Shown: positions 30,055 through 41,156, counted from the first letter of the stretch. The stretch: 64,000 nt of DNA from Candidatus Nomurabacteria bacterium RIFCSPLOWO2_01_FULL_39_18 (GCA_001787005.1 MFUV01000004.1:911-64910), one strand, 5' to 3'. Notes: generated by a model not told the origin, from the letters alone. Program-made: numbers and translations.

Positions 30055-30436
30055 ATACAATCTTCCTTATTTTTGATTTTACCTCTTTTAACTCTTCGTT
30101 TTCTACTTTACCAATAATTCTCAGTAGTCTTTTTGCGTCAAAAAGTCTAACTTGTGACAAGATCGCAGTTGAACCAGAAAAGGAATTTAGTTTGTGATAA
30201 TATTTTCCCTCCTTCTCTTCATTTAATGTTAAAGGAATTCCTAAAAATATATTATTGTTAAATTTTCTGACTATTAAAATGGGTCTTTCAAAACTGGAGT
30301 GCTTCCCATCTTCTTCATCCCCTATGTTTTTACCGATAGATGCAAACCATATGTCTCCTTTGTGAAAGAAAATATTTGATTTCTTGGTTGATAAATCTTT
30401 TTTTAATTTATTCCAATCATCATATTCTTTTTCCAT
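30053..30436 (-). CDS. PemK/MazF-like protein with no adjacent antitoxin
   Basis: GDIWFASIGKNIGDEEDGK...RPILI...ILSQVRLFDAKRL. Confidence 0.75.
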   Translation of the reverse strand: MEKEYDDWNKLKKDLSTKKSNIFFHKGDIWFASIGKNIGDEEDGKHSSFERPILIVRKFNNNIFLGIPLTLNEEKEGKYYHKLNSFSGSTAILSQVRLFDAKRLLRIIGKVENEELKEVKSKIRKIV

Positions 30437-30449
30437 ATTTTTTGAATTT

Positions 30450-33400
30450 TTATTTCTCTAGCACTACCTTGTTCTTGAACCCCGTCCCAGCTGGAATTAA
30501 TCGCCCGATTATGACATTTTCTTTAAGCCCGCGGAGAGAATCCACCCCGCCCTTGATGGCGTTTTCGATGAGCACGCGATTAGTATTTTGGAATGATGCG
30601 GCCGAGAGCCAGCTTTTAGTGCGAAGTGATACTTCGGTAATACCAAGCACGACGGTCTCTGCCTTAGCTTCTTTGCCATTTATTTTCTCGACTCGGGAGT
30701 TTTCTTCCATGAAAGTAACATTCTCAACAATGTCACCGATAGAGAAGTTAGTCTCACCTGCATCTTTTATTTTTCTGCGAGAAAACATCTGACGGACGAT
30801 TATCTCTGTGTGTTTTCTGGAAATCGAGGCGCTTTGAAGTTCATAAACTTTATTTATTTCTGCGATGATGTATTCTTCAACCAGCTCTTTGCTTCCCAAT
30901 TTAAACATTGAGGCTATGTCTGCTGATCCGTCAGTCAAAAGTTGGCCTTTCTTGATTTTTTCTCCCGCTTTTACTATCGGCATTCGGCGAAAGGCAACTA
31001 TGTATTCAATTTCATTTGGCTTACCATCAAGCTTGGTATCTGATAGCACTTTCATAATTTTTTCCTTTCCATTCTTATCTTTAATTTCTATAACCTCACC
31101 ATCTGTTTCAGAAATAATTGCCGGATTTTTTGGAATCCTTCTTTCGAATATTTCTTCAATACGCGGCAATCCTGTGGTTATGTCAGTACCAGCAACACCA
31201 CCAGCATGGAATGTACGAAGCGTCAGCTGGGTGCCCGGCTCTCCGATGGCCTGAGCTGCGATGATACCTACGGCCTCACCCTGTTCGACAAGGTGATTCC
31301 TGCCTAAATCAAGCCCATAACACATAACGCAGAGGCCGTGAACTGTGCGGCATGTAAGCGGCGAGCGGACAAATACTTCCGTAAAACCGGCTCCTTCAAT
31401 ATTGTATGCTTCCTCTTTAGTGACTAGAAATCCCCTCTTGTAAGCTACTTTGCCATTCTTGTCTTTCAGATCTCCCGCTAGCACTCGTCCGCGGATATTC
31501 TTGGAAAGTGGAATTTCGATTCCAGAAATATTTTCTCTCGTAACTATTTTCCCTTCCTTGGTGCCACAATCCTCTTCTGTGATAACTATATCTTGCGCAA
31601 CATCAACCAATCTTCGGGTTAAATATCCGGCCTTAGCAGTGTTGAGCGCGGTATCTGACGCACCCTTTCTAGCACCATGAGTAATGACGAAATATTCAAT
31701 CGGAGAAAGACCTTCCTGATAACAGGGAATGATTGGAAACTCCAAAGTATTACCCTGGTTGTTTTGGATAAGTCCTATCATGCCTGTCATTTGTATAAGT
31801 GACGACATTGTGCCCCTGGCCTTGGAAGTAAATAAATCATAGGTAGAACCACTTTTATCAAGAGTCTTGGGCAGGATTTTCTCTAAATCCTTTTTTGTGT
31901 GCGTCCAAATTTCAATAATTTTTTGGTATTTTTCTTCCAGAGACAACAGACCCTCGCTCCATTGGGAGATTATTTCTTCTTCTAGTTTTTTACCTTGCGC
32001 TATAATCTTTGGCTTCTCGGCAGGTACGGAAACATTGTCCAGACCCCAAGTAGTGCCGGAAACTGTAGAATATTTAAAGCCAAATGCTTTAATTTTATCT
32101 AGAATTGCCGGAGTATTTTCTACACCGCCATGAATTATAAGTTCATCTAGTAGTGAGGACAACCTTTCTTGAATCATTTCGTCGTTTATATAAGAAAAGT
32201 CATTGGGTAGGATGCTGTTAAAGAGAAGCTTCCCGACGGAAGTGTCGAACATTCCTCCATTAAACTTTTTATATTTATTAGTATCTGTTGCTAGAACTTT
32301 TATTTTAGCTCGGAGAGACACTATTCCGTAGTCATAGGCAGTAATGGCAGCATTCGGGCTAGAAAAATACTTCCCTTCACCCATCTCTCCATCAACATTT
32401 TTCGTCATCCAATAAGATCCCAGCACCATATCCATGCGAGGATGCACTATTAAATCTCCATTTTGCGGTTTGAGCAGATTTTTATTCGCGGCCATTAATT
32501 CTTTCGCTTCGGATTGAGCCTCTTCAAGCAGAGGAACATACACGGCCATTTGGTCTCCGTCGAAATCAGCATTAAAAGCCTGACAAACAAGAGGGTGAAC
32601 CTGAATGGCATTGCCCTCAATCAAAATAGGATTAAAAGCTTGAATACCGAGACGGTGCAGTGTAGGCGCGCGATTTAGAAGAACATATTTGCCTTCGATG
32701 ACTTTCTCCAACATTGCCCAGACTTCCCCCCCGCGTTCTTCTATGAGTTTATTTGCTCCGCGGATATTGAATGCGAGTTCTGCTTGTAAAATTTTAGAAA
32801 TTACAAAAGGCCTGAAAAGCTCGAGCGCCATATGTTTCGGCAATCCGCATTGATTGAGCTTGAGTTCTGGTCCGACAACGATAACAGATCGCCCTGAATA
32901 ATCCACTCGTTTTCCAAGCAGATTTTGGCGGAAAAGACCCTGCTTGGATTTTAGATTGTCTGATAGAGATTTTAGAGGACGCTTTTGAGATTGGCTCATG
33001 GCCGCAGAATCATTCTGCTTGGCTATTGAATTGTCGATTAGCGCGTCTACCGCTTCTTGAATAATTCTTTTTTCATTACGCAAGATTACATCCGGAGCAT
33101 TAATTTCCTTCAGTTTCTTTAAGCGATTATTTCTATTTATAACCCGGCGATAAAGATCGTTCAAATCGCTCGTTGCGTGCCTTCCGCCATCGAGCGCCAC
33201 CATCGGACGAAGCACTGGCGGAATGACGGGAATAATGGTCAAAAACATCCATTCTGGCCGAATTCCGGCATAAGTCATGGCGCGGATTAAAGAAAGCCTT
33301 TTTTGCAACTTTTCTTTTTCAACCACACTTGCTTTCTCAAGCATCTTTTCGGTATGAATTTTCAACTTGTTCAAATCGAGATTTTTAAAAATGGAGTAGA

Positions 33401-34052
33401 TAGCTTCAGCGCCAATGTTGGCCTCGAAACAAGTCCCGTATTTCAAAGAATAATGATGAAAAGATATTTCATTTAAAACTTTCCCTTCGTAAATTTCTCC
33501 AATCTCTTTTTTTGTGACAGAAAGCAAAGTTTTCAATTTTTCTCGAGTTTCATCATCAGCCACATTTTTTAATTTGGCTTTATACTCTTTATCCAGATTT
33601 TGCACGACTGTGGCTTTCTCTTCTTCGTGGACTTTGGTAATTATGTATCCAGCGAAGTATATTACCTTTTCGAGGTCGGTGACTGAAATATTAAGTAAAA
33701 TACTCATCCTGGATGGTACACCACGCAAAAACCAAATGTGAGACACGGGGGTGGAGAGCTCGATATGCCCCATTCTCTCACGCCTGACGATAGATCTGGT
33801 AACTTCTACCCCGCATTTCTCGCAGATTATATCCTTGTAGCGAATTCGGCGATATTTCCCACAATAACATTCGTAATCTTTCTCCGGTCCGAATATTTTC
33901 TCATCAAAGAGGCCTCCGCGCTCAGATCTGCCGGTACGATAGTTTATCGTCTCGGGCTTGGTGACTTCTCCATAAGACCATTCTTTTATTTGAACAGGCG
34001 AAGCAAGCCTTAGCGCAATTTGATCAAATTCAGTTGTGTTTAAAGTTTTCAT
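30450..34052 (-). CDS. rpoC: RNA polymerase beta' subunit
   Basis: [18 protein letters not shown], zinc-finger cysteines. Confidence 0.98.
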   Translation of the reverse strand: MKTLNTTEFDQIALRLASPVQIKEWSYGEVTKPETINYRTGRSERGGLFDEKIFGPEKDYECYCGKYRRIRYKDIICEKCGVEVTRSIVRRERMGHIELSTPVSHIWFLRGVPSRMSILLNISVTDLEKVIYFAGYIITKVHEEEKATVVQNLDKEYKAKLKNVADDETREKLKTLLSVTKKEIGEIYEGKVLNEISFHHYSLKYGTCFEANIGAEAIYSIFKNLDLNKLKIHTEKMLEKASVVEKEKLQKRLSLIRAMTYAGIRPEWMFLTIIPVIPPVLRPMVALDGGRHATSDLNDLYRRVINRNNRLKKLKEINAPDVILRNEKRIIQEAVDALIDNSIAKQNDSAAMSQSQKRPLKSLSDNLKSKQGLFRQNLLGKRVDYSGRSVIVVGPELKLNQCGLPKHMALELFRPFVISKILQAELAFNIRGANKLIEERGGEVWAMLEKVIEGKYVLLNRAPTLHRLGIQAFNPILIEGNAIQVHPLVCQAFNADFDGDQMAVYVPLLEEAQSEAKELMAANKNLLKPQNGDLIVHPRMDMVLGSYWMTKNVDGEMGEGKYFSSPNAAITAYDYGIVSLRAKIKVLATDTNKYKKFNGGMFDTSVGKLLFNSILPNDFSYINDEMIQERLSSLLDELIIHGGVENTPAILDKIKAFGFKYSTVSGTTWGLDNVSVPAEKPKIIAQGKKLEEEIISQWSEGLLSLEEKYQKIIEIWTHTKKDLEKILPKTLDKSGSTYDLFTSKARGTMSSLIQMTGMIGLIQNNQGNTLEFPIIPCYQEGLSPIEYFVITHGARKGASDTALNTAKAGYLTRRLVDVAQDIVITEEDCGTKEGKIVTRENISGIEIPLSKNIRGRVLAGDLKDKNGKVAYKRGFLVTKEEAYNIEGAGFTEVFVRSPLTCRTVHGLCVMCYGLDLGRNHLVEQGEAVGIIAAQAIGEPGTQLTLRTFHAGGVAGTDITTGLPRIEEIFERRIPKNPAIISETDGEVIEIKDKNGKEKIMKVLSDTKLDGKPNEIEYIVAFRRMPIVKAGEKIKKGQLLTDGSADIASMFKLGSKELVEEYIIAEINKVYELQSASISRKHTEIIVRQMFSRRKIKDAGETNFSIGDIVENVTFMEENSRVEKINGKEAKAETVVLGITEVSLRTKSWLSAASFQNTNRVLIENAIKGGVDSLRGLKENVIIGRLIPAGTGFKNKVVLEK

Positions 34053-34057
34053 GTTTT

Positions 34058-34315
34058 TTATTTATATAAATTGCTGTGGGTGTCGATGAATAAAAATTTA
34101 ATTGCTTCTCCTTGAACTTCATACACAGCTCTCAAGTCCCCTGTTATATTTATACTTCTGTATCCGAGATATTCTCCATGAAGCGGGTGATTGCTCAATT
34201 CTGGTGACAAAGGATTAGCTATGAATATTTTTAACCGTTCGTTAAACTTTGATTTAATTTTTGGGAGTAATTTTTCATACTGCTTGAGAAAACGTTTATG
34301 ATAATCGATTCGCAT
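34058..34315 (-). CDS. RelE/YafQ family mRNA interferase toxin
   Basis: NHPLHGEYLGYRSINITGDLRAVY...DTHSNLY. Confidence 0.85.
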   Translation of the reverse strand: MRIDYHKRFLKQYEKLLPKIKSKFNERLKIFIANPLSPELSNHPLHGEYLGYRSINITGDLRAVYEVQGEAIKFLFIDTHSNLYK

Positions 34316-34327
34316 ATATGATTCATA

Positions 34328-34600
34328 CTAGGAATTAAGACTTTTGATCATATCTTCAGCCGTATAGAAGGGTCCGATCATATTCCTTCCTTCACGCGCA
34401 TCTTTAGAAAGTTTTGCAAGAAGTTTCTGTGTTTTTTTATTTAGAACTGGTTCATCAATAAAAGTCACTTGACGTTCATTAATAAACTGCTTAATATTCT
34501 GATTGATAACCGCATTCAAAGACACTCCAAGGGTATGAGCCACTTCATGGGCTTTTTCTTTTAACCTCTTATCGATTTTTATGCTTAACATTGTTTGCAT
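34328..34600 (-). CDS. RelB/DinJ family antitoxin
   Basis: RHH-like SIKIDKRLKEKA...LGVSLNAVI; operator-like palindrome AAAGTATATACTTT upstream. Confidence 0.8.
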   Translation of the reverse strand: MQTMLSIKIDKRLKEKAHEVAHTLGVSLNAVINQNIKQFINERQVTFIDEPVLNKKTQKLLAKLSKDAREGRNMIGPFYTAEDMIKSLNS

Positions 34601-34700
34601 GGTATTTTATTTTATATTTTTATTAATATCTAAAGTATATACTTTTGATTGATAATGTCAAGACTCATATTTTATGTATTGTTTGTTTAAAGTTTTCATA

Positions 34701-35330
34701 TTATTTCGTAAATTTGAAAGTGGAAAAAATCTTCTGAAAAACCAAACTATTTTGAGGAAAAGTAATTCTAAATACATTTCTTTTTTTGTCTGCAAGAAAA
34801 ACTACTTTTGTTCTATAGTATATTGGTAATTCATACCCCACATACTCACCATATCCGTGATCAACAATAAATTCGTAAGCCAAATTTTCATTATACTTGA
34901 CTTCTTTGATGTCCGAAGTTGCATAACCCATATTTTTATTAAAATTGTAACGAGATTGCGCAATGCTTAACAAGGTTTCTTCTTGTGTCATTGGAAAACT
35001 GCTAGTCCAAATATTTATCTCTTCATTATAACCAAGTTCTTTAGTATTTGAGTCAAGATTATATTTTAATCTAGTTTGTGAATCTACCGGAATGCTTAGA
35101 TTATGCTCATCATCTCTAAGTGTCACATTGCTAGTTAAATAAATGTCGGAATTAAGATCGGGATGATACAACTCGAAATCTTCAGGATACTTTATTTCAT
35201 ATTGATACATGTTATTTTCAAAGGTTTTCCACCTCTTTGTCTGGTCAGTTTTACTAACGACCAAAAAAACAATGATTGCAAATAACGCAACGAGTACTAT
35301 ACCTGCAAAACTTTTTTGATTATTTTTCAT
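34701..35330 (-). CDS. Exported protein, paralogue of 28837-29901
   Basis: MKNNQKSFA...WKTF...YEIKYP...STFKFTK. Confidence 0.7.
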   Translation of the reverse strand: MKNNQKSFAGIVLVALFAIIVFLVVSKTDQTKRWKTFENNMYQYEIKYPEDFELYHPDLNSDIYLTSNVTLRDDEHNLSIPVDSQTRLKYNLDSNTKELGYNEEINIWTSSFPMTQEETLLSIAQSRYNFNKNMGYATSDIKEVKYNENLAYEFIVDHGYGEYVGYELPIYYRTKVVFLADKKRNVFRITFPQNSLVFQKIFSTFKFTK

Positions 35331-35335
35331 ATTTT

Positions 35336-38300
35336 TTAATTTTCTTTATCGCCCTTTTTCTGTAAATTAACATCAAGGGCAAGACCTCGCAGATAGTTCA
35401 AGAGCACATTGAACGATGCCGGAGAATTTGGCGGTTTGATTATTTCATTTTTGATAATGGAGTCAAAGGTAGCAGAACGTCCCAATATATCATCGGACTT
35501 TACCGTAAGCATCTCACGAAGCGTATAAGCTGCGCCATATCCCTCGAGCGCCCAGACTTCCATTTCTCCGAATCTCTGTCCTCCGCCTTGAGCCTTTCCG
35601 CCAAGAGGTTGTTGAGTAATCAAGGAGTACGGTCCGATCGAGCGCATGTGGATCTTGTCCTCCACCATGTGATGGAGCTTCAGCATGTACAAATATCCGA
35701 CGGCCACATCTTGCTCAAAAGCTTCTCCAGTACGTCCGTCAAAGAGCTTCAGTTTGCCGTTTTCTGGCAATCCTGCTTTTGTTAATTCTTCTTTTATTTC
35801 TTTTTGCGTTGCCCCTAAGAATGGAGGAACTATTGCCTGATAACCAAGGCTGTTGGCTGCCATCCCAAGATGCATTTCAAAGATTTGTCCTAAGTTCATA
35901 CGGGAAGGAACACCAAGAGGAGAAAGTATGATATCAATCGGTGTGCCGTCCTCCGTATAGGGCATGTCTTCTTCCGGAAGAATCATCGAGATAACGCCCT
36001 TATTCCCGTGTCGTCCGGAAAGTTTGTCTCCAACTGAAATATTTCTTATTTGAGCAACTTCAATCACAATCTTTTTGATGATTCCAGCCTCGAGCGAATG
36101 TCCAAGATCACGAGAAAAGATTTTGATTCCGATAATACGCCCTCGCTTGCCGTGTTCCATGCGAAGCGAAGTGTCTTTCACATCACGTGCTTTTTCGGCA
36201 AAGATCGAGCGAAGAAGCCTCTCTTCCGGAGTAAGTTCAGTTTCACCCTTAGGGGTAATTTTACCAACCAAAATATCATTTTCTCTAACCTCTGCTCCGA
36301 TACGGACAATGCCGTCTTCGTCTAAGTCTTTCAATTTGAGCTCTCCGACATTTGGTATGTCACGGGTAGTGATTTCAGGCCCAAGTTTAGTATCGCGAAC
36401 TACGCAAGTAAATTCTTCAACATACACGCTTGTGAACTTGCTCCTCTTTACCAGACGTTCAGAAACAATTATCGCGTCTTCGTAAGTTGAGCCAGACCAA
36501 GACAAAAAGGCGACAAAAATATTCTGTCCTATGGAAATTTGTCCATTCATAGTGCTACTAGTATCTGCGAGCACTGCCCCCTTTTTCACTCTATCACCCA
36601 CGTTCACAAGCGGTCGTTGGTGGAAGACAGCAAAGTTATTGTTTCTCATAAAATTAACGAGAGAGTATGTCTTTTCACTCTTGCCTTTTATGACTATCTT
36701 TTTCGCATCCAAATAGGAAACAACGCCCTCTTCCCCCGCGATAACCAGTCTGCCAGAATCTCTGGACGCTAGTTCTTCTATGCCAGTAGCCACTAGTGGC
36801 ATTTCGGGGATGACGCAAGGGACAGCTTGTTTCTGCATGTTCGAGCCCATCAGCGCGCGGTTTGCATTATTATGCTCCAAGAAAGGAATCATGGAAGTTG
36901 CCATAGAAAAAGCTTGATTGGTGGCAACGTCGATAAAATCAACTTCGTTTGCGGGTATGGTGCCCGGCTCGGTTTTGATTCTAGCTTCAACTTTCTCCTC
37001 CGTGATCTTCCCATTTTCGTCATAAGGGATTCCGGCATGCGCAATGTTATATTTCTCTTCTTCAAGCGCGTTTAAATAGACTATCTCGTGAGTAATTTTT
37101 CCATTCTTCACTTTTATGTAGGGAGTTTCAATAATTCCAAATTCATTGATTCTAGCGTAAGTGGAAAGATGTAGAATCAGTCCGATGTTGGGCCCCTCAG
37201 GGGTATGAATCGGGCAAACTCGACCGTAGTGAGAAGGGTGCACATCACGAACCTCGAGCCCCGCACGCTCTCTGGTGAGGCCACCAGGCCCGAGCGCAGA
37301 TAGGAGACGGATATGTTCAGTTTCAGCCAGAACGTTTTCCTGGTTCATAAACTGTGAAAGCTGGTTGGTAGTGAAAAATTCTTTAATTCGAGCTTGGAGC
37401 GGACGCTGATTTATGATAGCGATGGGCATCGCCGTATTGACATCAATGATGGACATTCGATCTTGAATGTTTCTTTTAATCTGCATCATGCCGGTACGCA
37501 CTTTCTGCTGAAGTATTTCTCCGACAAATCGCACGCGTCTCTGTCCGAGATGGTCTATGTCATCAGCTTGGGCTCCTGGAGTATTATTCAAGGAAATAAT
37601 ATGCATTATGACAGTCACTAGATCCTCCTTGGAGATAGTGCGGCGCAATAGAGCTTCTTCGTCCATTGGTTTCTCAAAACGTTGGTTAAACCTGAATCGT
37701 CCCACCGGAGAAAGATCGTATCTCTCCGCGGTAAATAAAGAATTGATAAATTCTTTAGCATTGTCAGCTGTGGCCATGTCCCCATCTCGAAGACGTTTGT
37801 AGATATCAATGTAAGAATCATTTGCATTTTTGGCTGTATCCTTAGCAAGACATGCTTTTATGGCTTCTTCGGCGCCGGGGACTCCCTCGCCCTTTAGAGA
37901 GAAAGCCTTTAATATTGCTTCATCGTTTTCATAACCCATAACCCGAAGGAGGGCCGTGACTCCGAACTTTCTTTTCTTGTCTATCCTCACATAAATAGCG
38001 CCGTCAGCTTCTGATTCTATTTCAATCCAGACTCCGCGAGCTGGAATGATTTTCGCGCCGAAATACCTGTTGCCCTTGCTCTCTGACTCGGTAAAGAAAA
38101 CTCCGAAGGATCTAGCGAGCTGTGGCACAATGACACGCTCCACGCCATTTATGATAAAAGTACCGTGCGAGGTCATCAGAGGAAGCTCAGACATGAAAAT
38201 TTCCTGCTCTTTGACAGTGCCTAGAATTTTATTGGTCAACTTCACGCGAATCTTTAAAAGCCCTTGGTATGAGAGTTTGTTTATTTTGGTGTCATTCTCG

Positions 38301-38521
38301 TCTTGCTTTGATTCAGAGAGCGAGAAGGATAGAAATTCAAGCTGAAACTTTTTCCCGGAATAGTCCGAGATTGGGGAGAATTCTTTGAAAACTTCGCCAA
38401 TGCCTTTTTCTACTAGCCACGAAAAGGACTTGAGTTGCGCCTCGATTAAATTGGGAAATTCTACGAGAGGCTTTTTGTACCTGGAAAAGTACTTTTTAGG
38501 AAGTTTTGATTGAGCCTGCAT
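35336..38521 (-). CDS. rpoB: RNA polymerase beta subunit
   Basis: GDKLSGRHGNKG, GGQRFGEMEVWALE, RALMGSNMQ. Confidence 0.98.
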   Translation of the reverse strand: MQAQSKLPKKYFSRYKKPLVEFPNLIEAQLKSFSWLVEKGIGEVFKEFSPISDYSGKKFQLEFLSFSLSESKQDENDTKINKLSYQGLLKIRVKLTNKILGTVKEQEIFMSELPLMTSHGTFIINGVERVIVPQLARSFGVFFTESESKGNRYFGAKIIPARGVWIEIESEADGAIYVRIDKKRKFGVTALLRVMGYENDEAILKAFSLKGEGVPGAEEAIKACLAKDTAKNANDSYIDIYKRLRDGDMATADNAKEFINSLFTAERYDLSPVGRFRFNQRFEKPMDEEALLRRTISKEDLVTVIMHIISLNNTPGAQADDIDHLGQRRVRFVGEILQQKVRTGMMQIKRNIQDRMSIIDVNTAMPIAIINQRPLQARIKEFFTTNQLSQFMNQENVLAETEHIRLLSALGPGGLTRERAGLEVRDVHPSHYGRVCPIHTPEGPNIGLILHLSTYARINEFGIIETPYIKVKNGKITHEIVYLNALEEEKYNIAHAGIPYDENGKITEEKVEARIKTEPGTIPANEVDFIDVATNQAFSMATSMIPFLEHNNANRALMGSNMQKQAVPCVIPEMPLVATGIEELASRDSGRLVIAGEEGVVSYLDAKKIVIKGKSEKTYSLVNFMRNNNFAVFHQRPLVNVGDRVKKGAVLADTSSTMNGQISIGQNIFVAFLSWSGSTYEDAIIVSERLVKRSKFTSVYVEEFTCVVRDTKLGPEITTRDIPNVGELKLKDLDEDGIVRIGAEVRENDILVGKITPKGETELTPEERLLRSIFAEKARDVKDTSLRMEHGKRGRIIGIKIFSRDLGHSLEAGIIKKIVIEVAQIRNISVGDKLSGRHGNKGVISMILPEEDMPYTEDGTPIDIILSPLGVPSRMNLGQIFEMHLGMAANSLGYQAIVPPFLGATQKEIKEELTKAGLPENGKLKLFDGRTGEAFEQDVAVGYLYMLKLHHMVEDKIHMRSIGPYSLITQQPLGGKAQGGGQRFGEMEVWALEGYGAAYTLREMLTVKSDDILGRSATFDSIIKNEIIKPPNSPASFNVLLNYLRGLALDVNLQKKGDKEN

Positions 38522-38673
38522 AAATAAAAACGCCTTTACGGCTTGTAATTACCTAATAAAAGAGATTGCATCCGATACTCAATCAATGAATCAGGGATAG
38601 CCTACTCTATTTGCACTTTTTTGTCAACTACGGCTGTGGATTGAGCGCATAAAAGTAGATTAAATTAAATAAT

Positions 38674-38709
38674 TACATAAGATTTCTGCATATGCTAGAA
38701 TCTTATGTA
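38674..38709. repeat. 36-bp palindrome type A, downstream of PaaX/Cas2-like gene A
   Basis: TACATAAGATTTCTGCATATGCTAGAATCTTATGTA. Confidence 0.85.
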
Positions 38710-38719
38710 TGCCCCCAAG

Positions 38720-39325
38720 TCAAGATAAGTGAAAATGTTTTTTAATTTTTTCATCTCTTAAAATACTTTCCACAGACAAAACTTCTACATACTTACCTAC
38801 CCCAAAAAAATCAGCAATAAAAATTATTTCATCTTCGCATGGATATGGATAAATCCACGCAGATTTCTGAAACTGGAAAAAATTTAACTTTTTAAGATGG
38901 TATCGAAGAGCTTCTCTTCCTTTAGTAAATCTCATAGGAATATCAAACATAACCAACCTCCATTTTCCATCCCATTTTTTCTGTGTTTTAATTTCAATAA
39001 GCTCAATATCAAAAGCTCTTAATCGGGTTTTACCTTTTGTGGTAATTTTTACTATTGTTTTTCCATCCCTATCAACAATATACTCTATAAGCTTTTGCCG
39101 TTTAACACTATTAATTGCACTTCTGATTTGACTTTCGGAATATTTTCTAGAACCTTTAAACATTTTGAAAACCTGTACGACGTTACCTATAGCTCCTGCC
39201 CCCACCACAAGCACAGGTAGTGAAGCAAGCGCAAGTACACAAAGTGCAACTGTGGCAATCTTGGCCTCTTTGGTGTCGGAACTTAAAAAATCTTTCAACC
39301 TTTGCCCATATCCCCCTTTTTCCAT
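38720..39325 (-). CDS. PaaX-like regulator with Cas2-like C-terminal domain (gene A)
   Basis: wHTH wing KITTKG; WDGKWRLVMFDIP...LR...FQKSAW. Confidence 0.8.
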   Translation of the reverse strand: MEKGGYGQRLKDFLSSDTKEAKIATVALCVLALASLPVLVVGAGAIGNVVQVFKMFKGSRKYSESQIRSAINSVKRQKLIEYIVDRDGKTIVKITTKGKTRLRAFDIELIEIKTQKKWDGKWRLVMFDIPMRFTKGREALRYHLKKLNFFQFQKSAWIYPYPCEDEIIFIADFFGVGKYVEVLSVESILRDEKIKKHFHLS

Positions 39326-39326
39326 A

Positions 39327-39362
39327 TGTGTAAGATTATAGCATATGCGGATTTCTTATTCT
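39327..39362. promoter_or_regulatory. 36-bp palindrome type A overlapping the -10 box of gene A
   Basis: TGTGTAAGATTATAGCATATGCGGATTTCTTATTCT; minus strand reads TGCTATAAT shortly before the ATG. Confidence 0.8.
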
Positions 39363-39504
39363 TATCCGCAACAACTAAACTACTTTTTCTCCACAGTTTT
39401 TTGTCAAATCTAGGCTGGGGATTTATATCTCCTTTTCTATCAAGCTTTCCCTAAACAACTGGAAAATTCCCTCATTTGCTTATTATACCAAAAAAGATCT
39501 AGCC

Positions 39505-40161
39505 TCATCCCCCCTTCTTCCACTCATCTATCTTTTTATGATTTCCAGAAAGCAAAACTTTCGGTACTTTGTAATTTTTACCTTTGTATTTGAGAACTTC
39601 TGGGCGAGTGTAGACTTCGCTCGTAGAAACTCTTTCTTCTTCTAGTGATTCGTATTTTCCTAAAACTCCGGGAATCTGGCGAGAAATTGAATCAATCAAA
39701 ACCATCGCTGGAAGCTCTCCGCCGGTCAGCACATAGTCTCCTATCGAGACCTCCTCAGCACGTAGTATTTTTTGCACTCTCGCATCAATACCTTCATATC
39801 TTCCAGATATTAAAATTATATCTGTGAATTTTTTTGCCGCCCCTTTGGCATATCCTGTGGTGAATTTTTTCCCAGAAGTAGAAAATAAAATAATCTTTGC
39901 CTTTTTACCAAGGGGAACCCTTGGTATTTTACTTGGTATTTTAATCTTTGAGAAAGCTTTTAAAAATAATTCAGGCCGGAGCACCATTCCAGGCCCACCG
40001 CCATACGGCCGCGCATCTACTCGCTTCTTCGGCTCGCAGAAATCCATTGGGTTGTAAAACTTGATAGAAATCTTTTTATCCTTTATCGCCCGCCCAATAA
40101 TAGACCCCTTCAAATAAGAGTCAAACATTTCTGGAAAAATTGTAATTATATGGAATTGCAT
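39505..40161 (-). CDS. trmD: tRNA (guanine37-N1)-methyltransferase
   Basis: PYGGGPGMV, GRYEGIDAR, SIGDYVLTGGE; start at MQFHIITIFP. Confidence 0.96.
   Translation of the reverse strand: MQFHIITIFPEMFDSYLKGSIIGRAIKDKKISIKFYNPMDFCEPKKRVDARPYGGGPGMVLRPELFLKAFSKIKIPSKIPRVPLGKKAKIILFSTSGKKFTTGYAKGAAKKFTDIILISGRYEGIDARVQKILRAEEVSIGDYVLTGGELPAMVLIDSISRQIPGVLGKYESLEEERVSTSEVYTRPEVLKYKGKNYKVPKVLLSGNHKKIDEWKKGG
39906..39926. repeat. 21-bp REP-like palindrome in frame in trmD
   Basis: TACCAAGGG-GAA-CCCTTGGTA, encodes IPRVPLG. Confidence 0.6.
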
Positions 40162-40164
40162 AAA

Positions 40165-40287
40165 TAATTCAAAAAGCAAAATATAATTTTTGAAGGGGTT
40201 TGGCAAGCGACGGCGAGCCAACTTCAGGATTTTTTAAGCTTCAAAAAATCCGTACCGAAAAAAATTGATATTTTGCTTTTTGAATTA
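40165..40287. repeat. Long-armed hairpin element between khpA and trmD
   Basis: TAATTCAAAAAGCAAAATAT.../...ATATTTTGCTTTTTGAATTA arms; core GCGACGGC...AGGATTTTTT...AAAAAATCCGT. Confidence 0.7.
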
Positions 40288-40623
40288 GATTCCCCTCAAG
40301 TCTTCCATCGCCTGATCCACTGTTTTAAGTGGGTTCTGAGTAGGCGAAGATTCTGATCTCTCGGGTCTCATGCTCCCTTCTGGTTCATTTATCTTCAAAT
40401 TCACCCGAGCATTATTTTTCATTCCAATAATCCGGAGTAGAGTGCGGATAGCCTTGGCGGTGTTGCCCATTCTCCCGATAATCTTGCCCATATCAGCAGG
40501 GTTTACGGTGAGAGTTATAAGGACACCCATTTCGTCGACAGTGCGATCAATCTTCACATCATTCGGATTGTCAACGAGAGCCTTCACTACATACTCCAGA
40601 AATACCTTGTCAGCGTCTTGCAT
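40285..40623 (-). CDS. khpA: KH-domain RNA-binding protein (KhpA/YlqC)
   Basis: DMGKIIGRMGNTAKAIRTLL; rpsP-khpA-trmD gene order. Confidence 0.9.
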   Translation of the reverse strand: MQDADKVFLEYVVKALVDNPNDVKIDRTVDEMGVLITLTVNPADMGKIIGRMGNTAKAIRTLLRIIGMKNNARVNLKINEPEGSMRPERSESSPTQNPLKTVDQAMEDLRGI

Positions 40624-40712
40624 ATTTTTAATAAATTAATCCTTGTAATCGTGCAGTGGTACGACAATACTGCTTGCTGTAAGTATACTTCACCCCGCCA
40701 TGGCGGGGCAAG

Positions 40713-41021
40713 TTATTTTTTAGCTTTCAATTCCTTCCTCTTTTGCGTTGGTTTCTTCTTGGGAAGCACGTTGATTTTCTTGCCTTCTATCACCCCATCG
40801 TGCACTAAGAAATTGTGCATGGTGTCTGAACACTTCGCACCTTTGCTTGTCCAATATTTTATTTTTTCATTTTCGAGTTTCTTCTCGCCAGCCTTTGGGT
40901 TGTAAGTGCCAAGAATTTCCAGAAACTTTCCGCTCTTGGTGCTGTTCTTGGAATCAGTCAAAACAACCCGGAAACTCGGGTCATTCTTTCTGCCTATTCT
41001 CTGCAGTCTTATTTTTAACAT
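40713..41021 (-). CDS. rpsP: 30S ribosomal protein S16
   Basis: MLKIRLQRIGRK...EILGTYNP. Confidence 0.97.
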   Translation of the reverse strand: MLKIRLQRIGRKNDPSFRVVLTDSKNSTKSGKFLEILGTYNPKAGEKKLENEKIKYWTSKGAKCSDTMHNFLVHDGVIEGKKINVLPKKKPTQKRKELKAKK

Positions 41022-41156
41022 TGCTAAAAGAGTGTAACATAAATTTTATAAATTGCAATTGGAACTAAAAAAGGCGCCTCCAGAACCTTTTTTAGTCTGA
41101 CTGCGCCCTTGGTTTCGACAAAATGTTTAGGAGTCATCGAATCTCCTTGGACGTGG

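Noticed and set aside
37870-37905. Possible REP remnant in rpoB (SLKGEGVPG)
   Set aside because: The hairpin is too degenerate to assign to a repeat family from sequence alone
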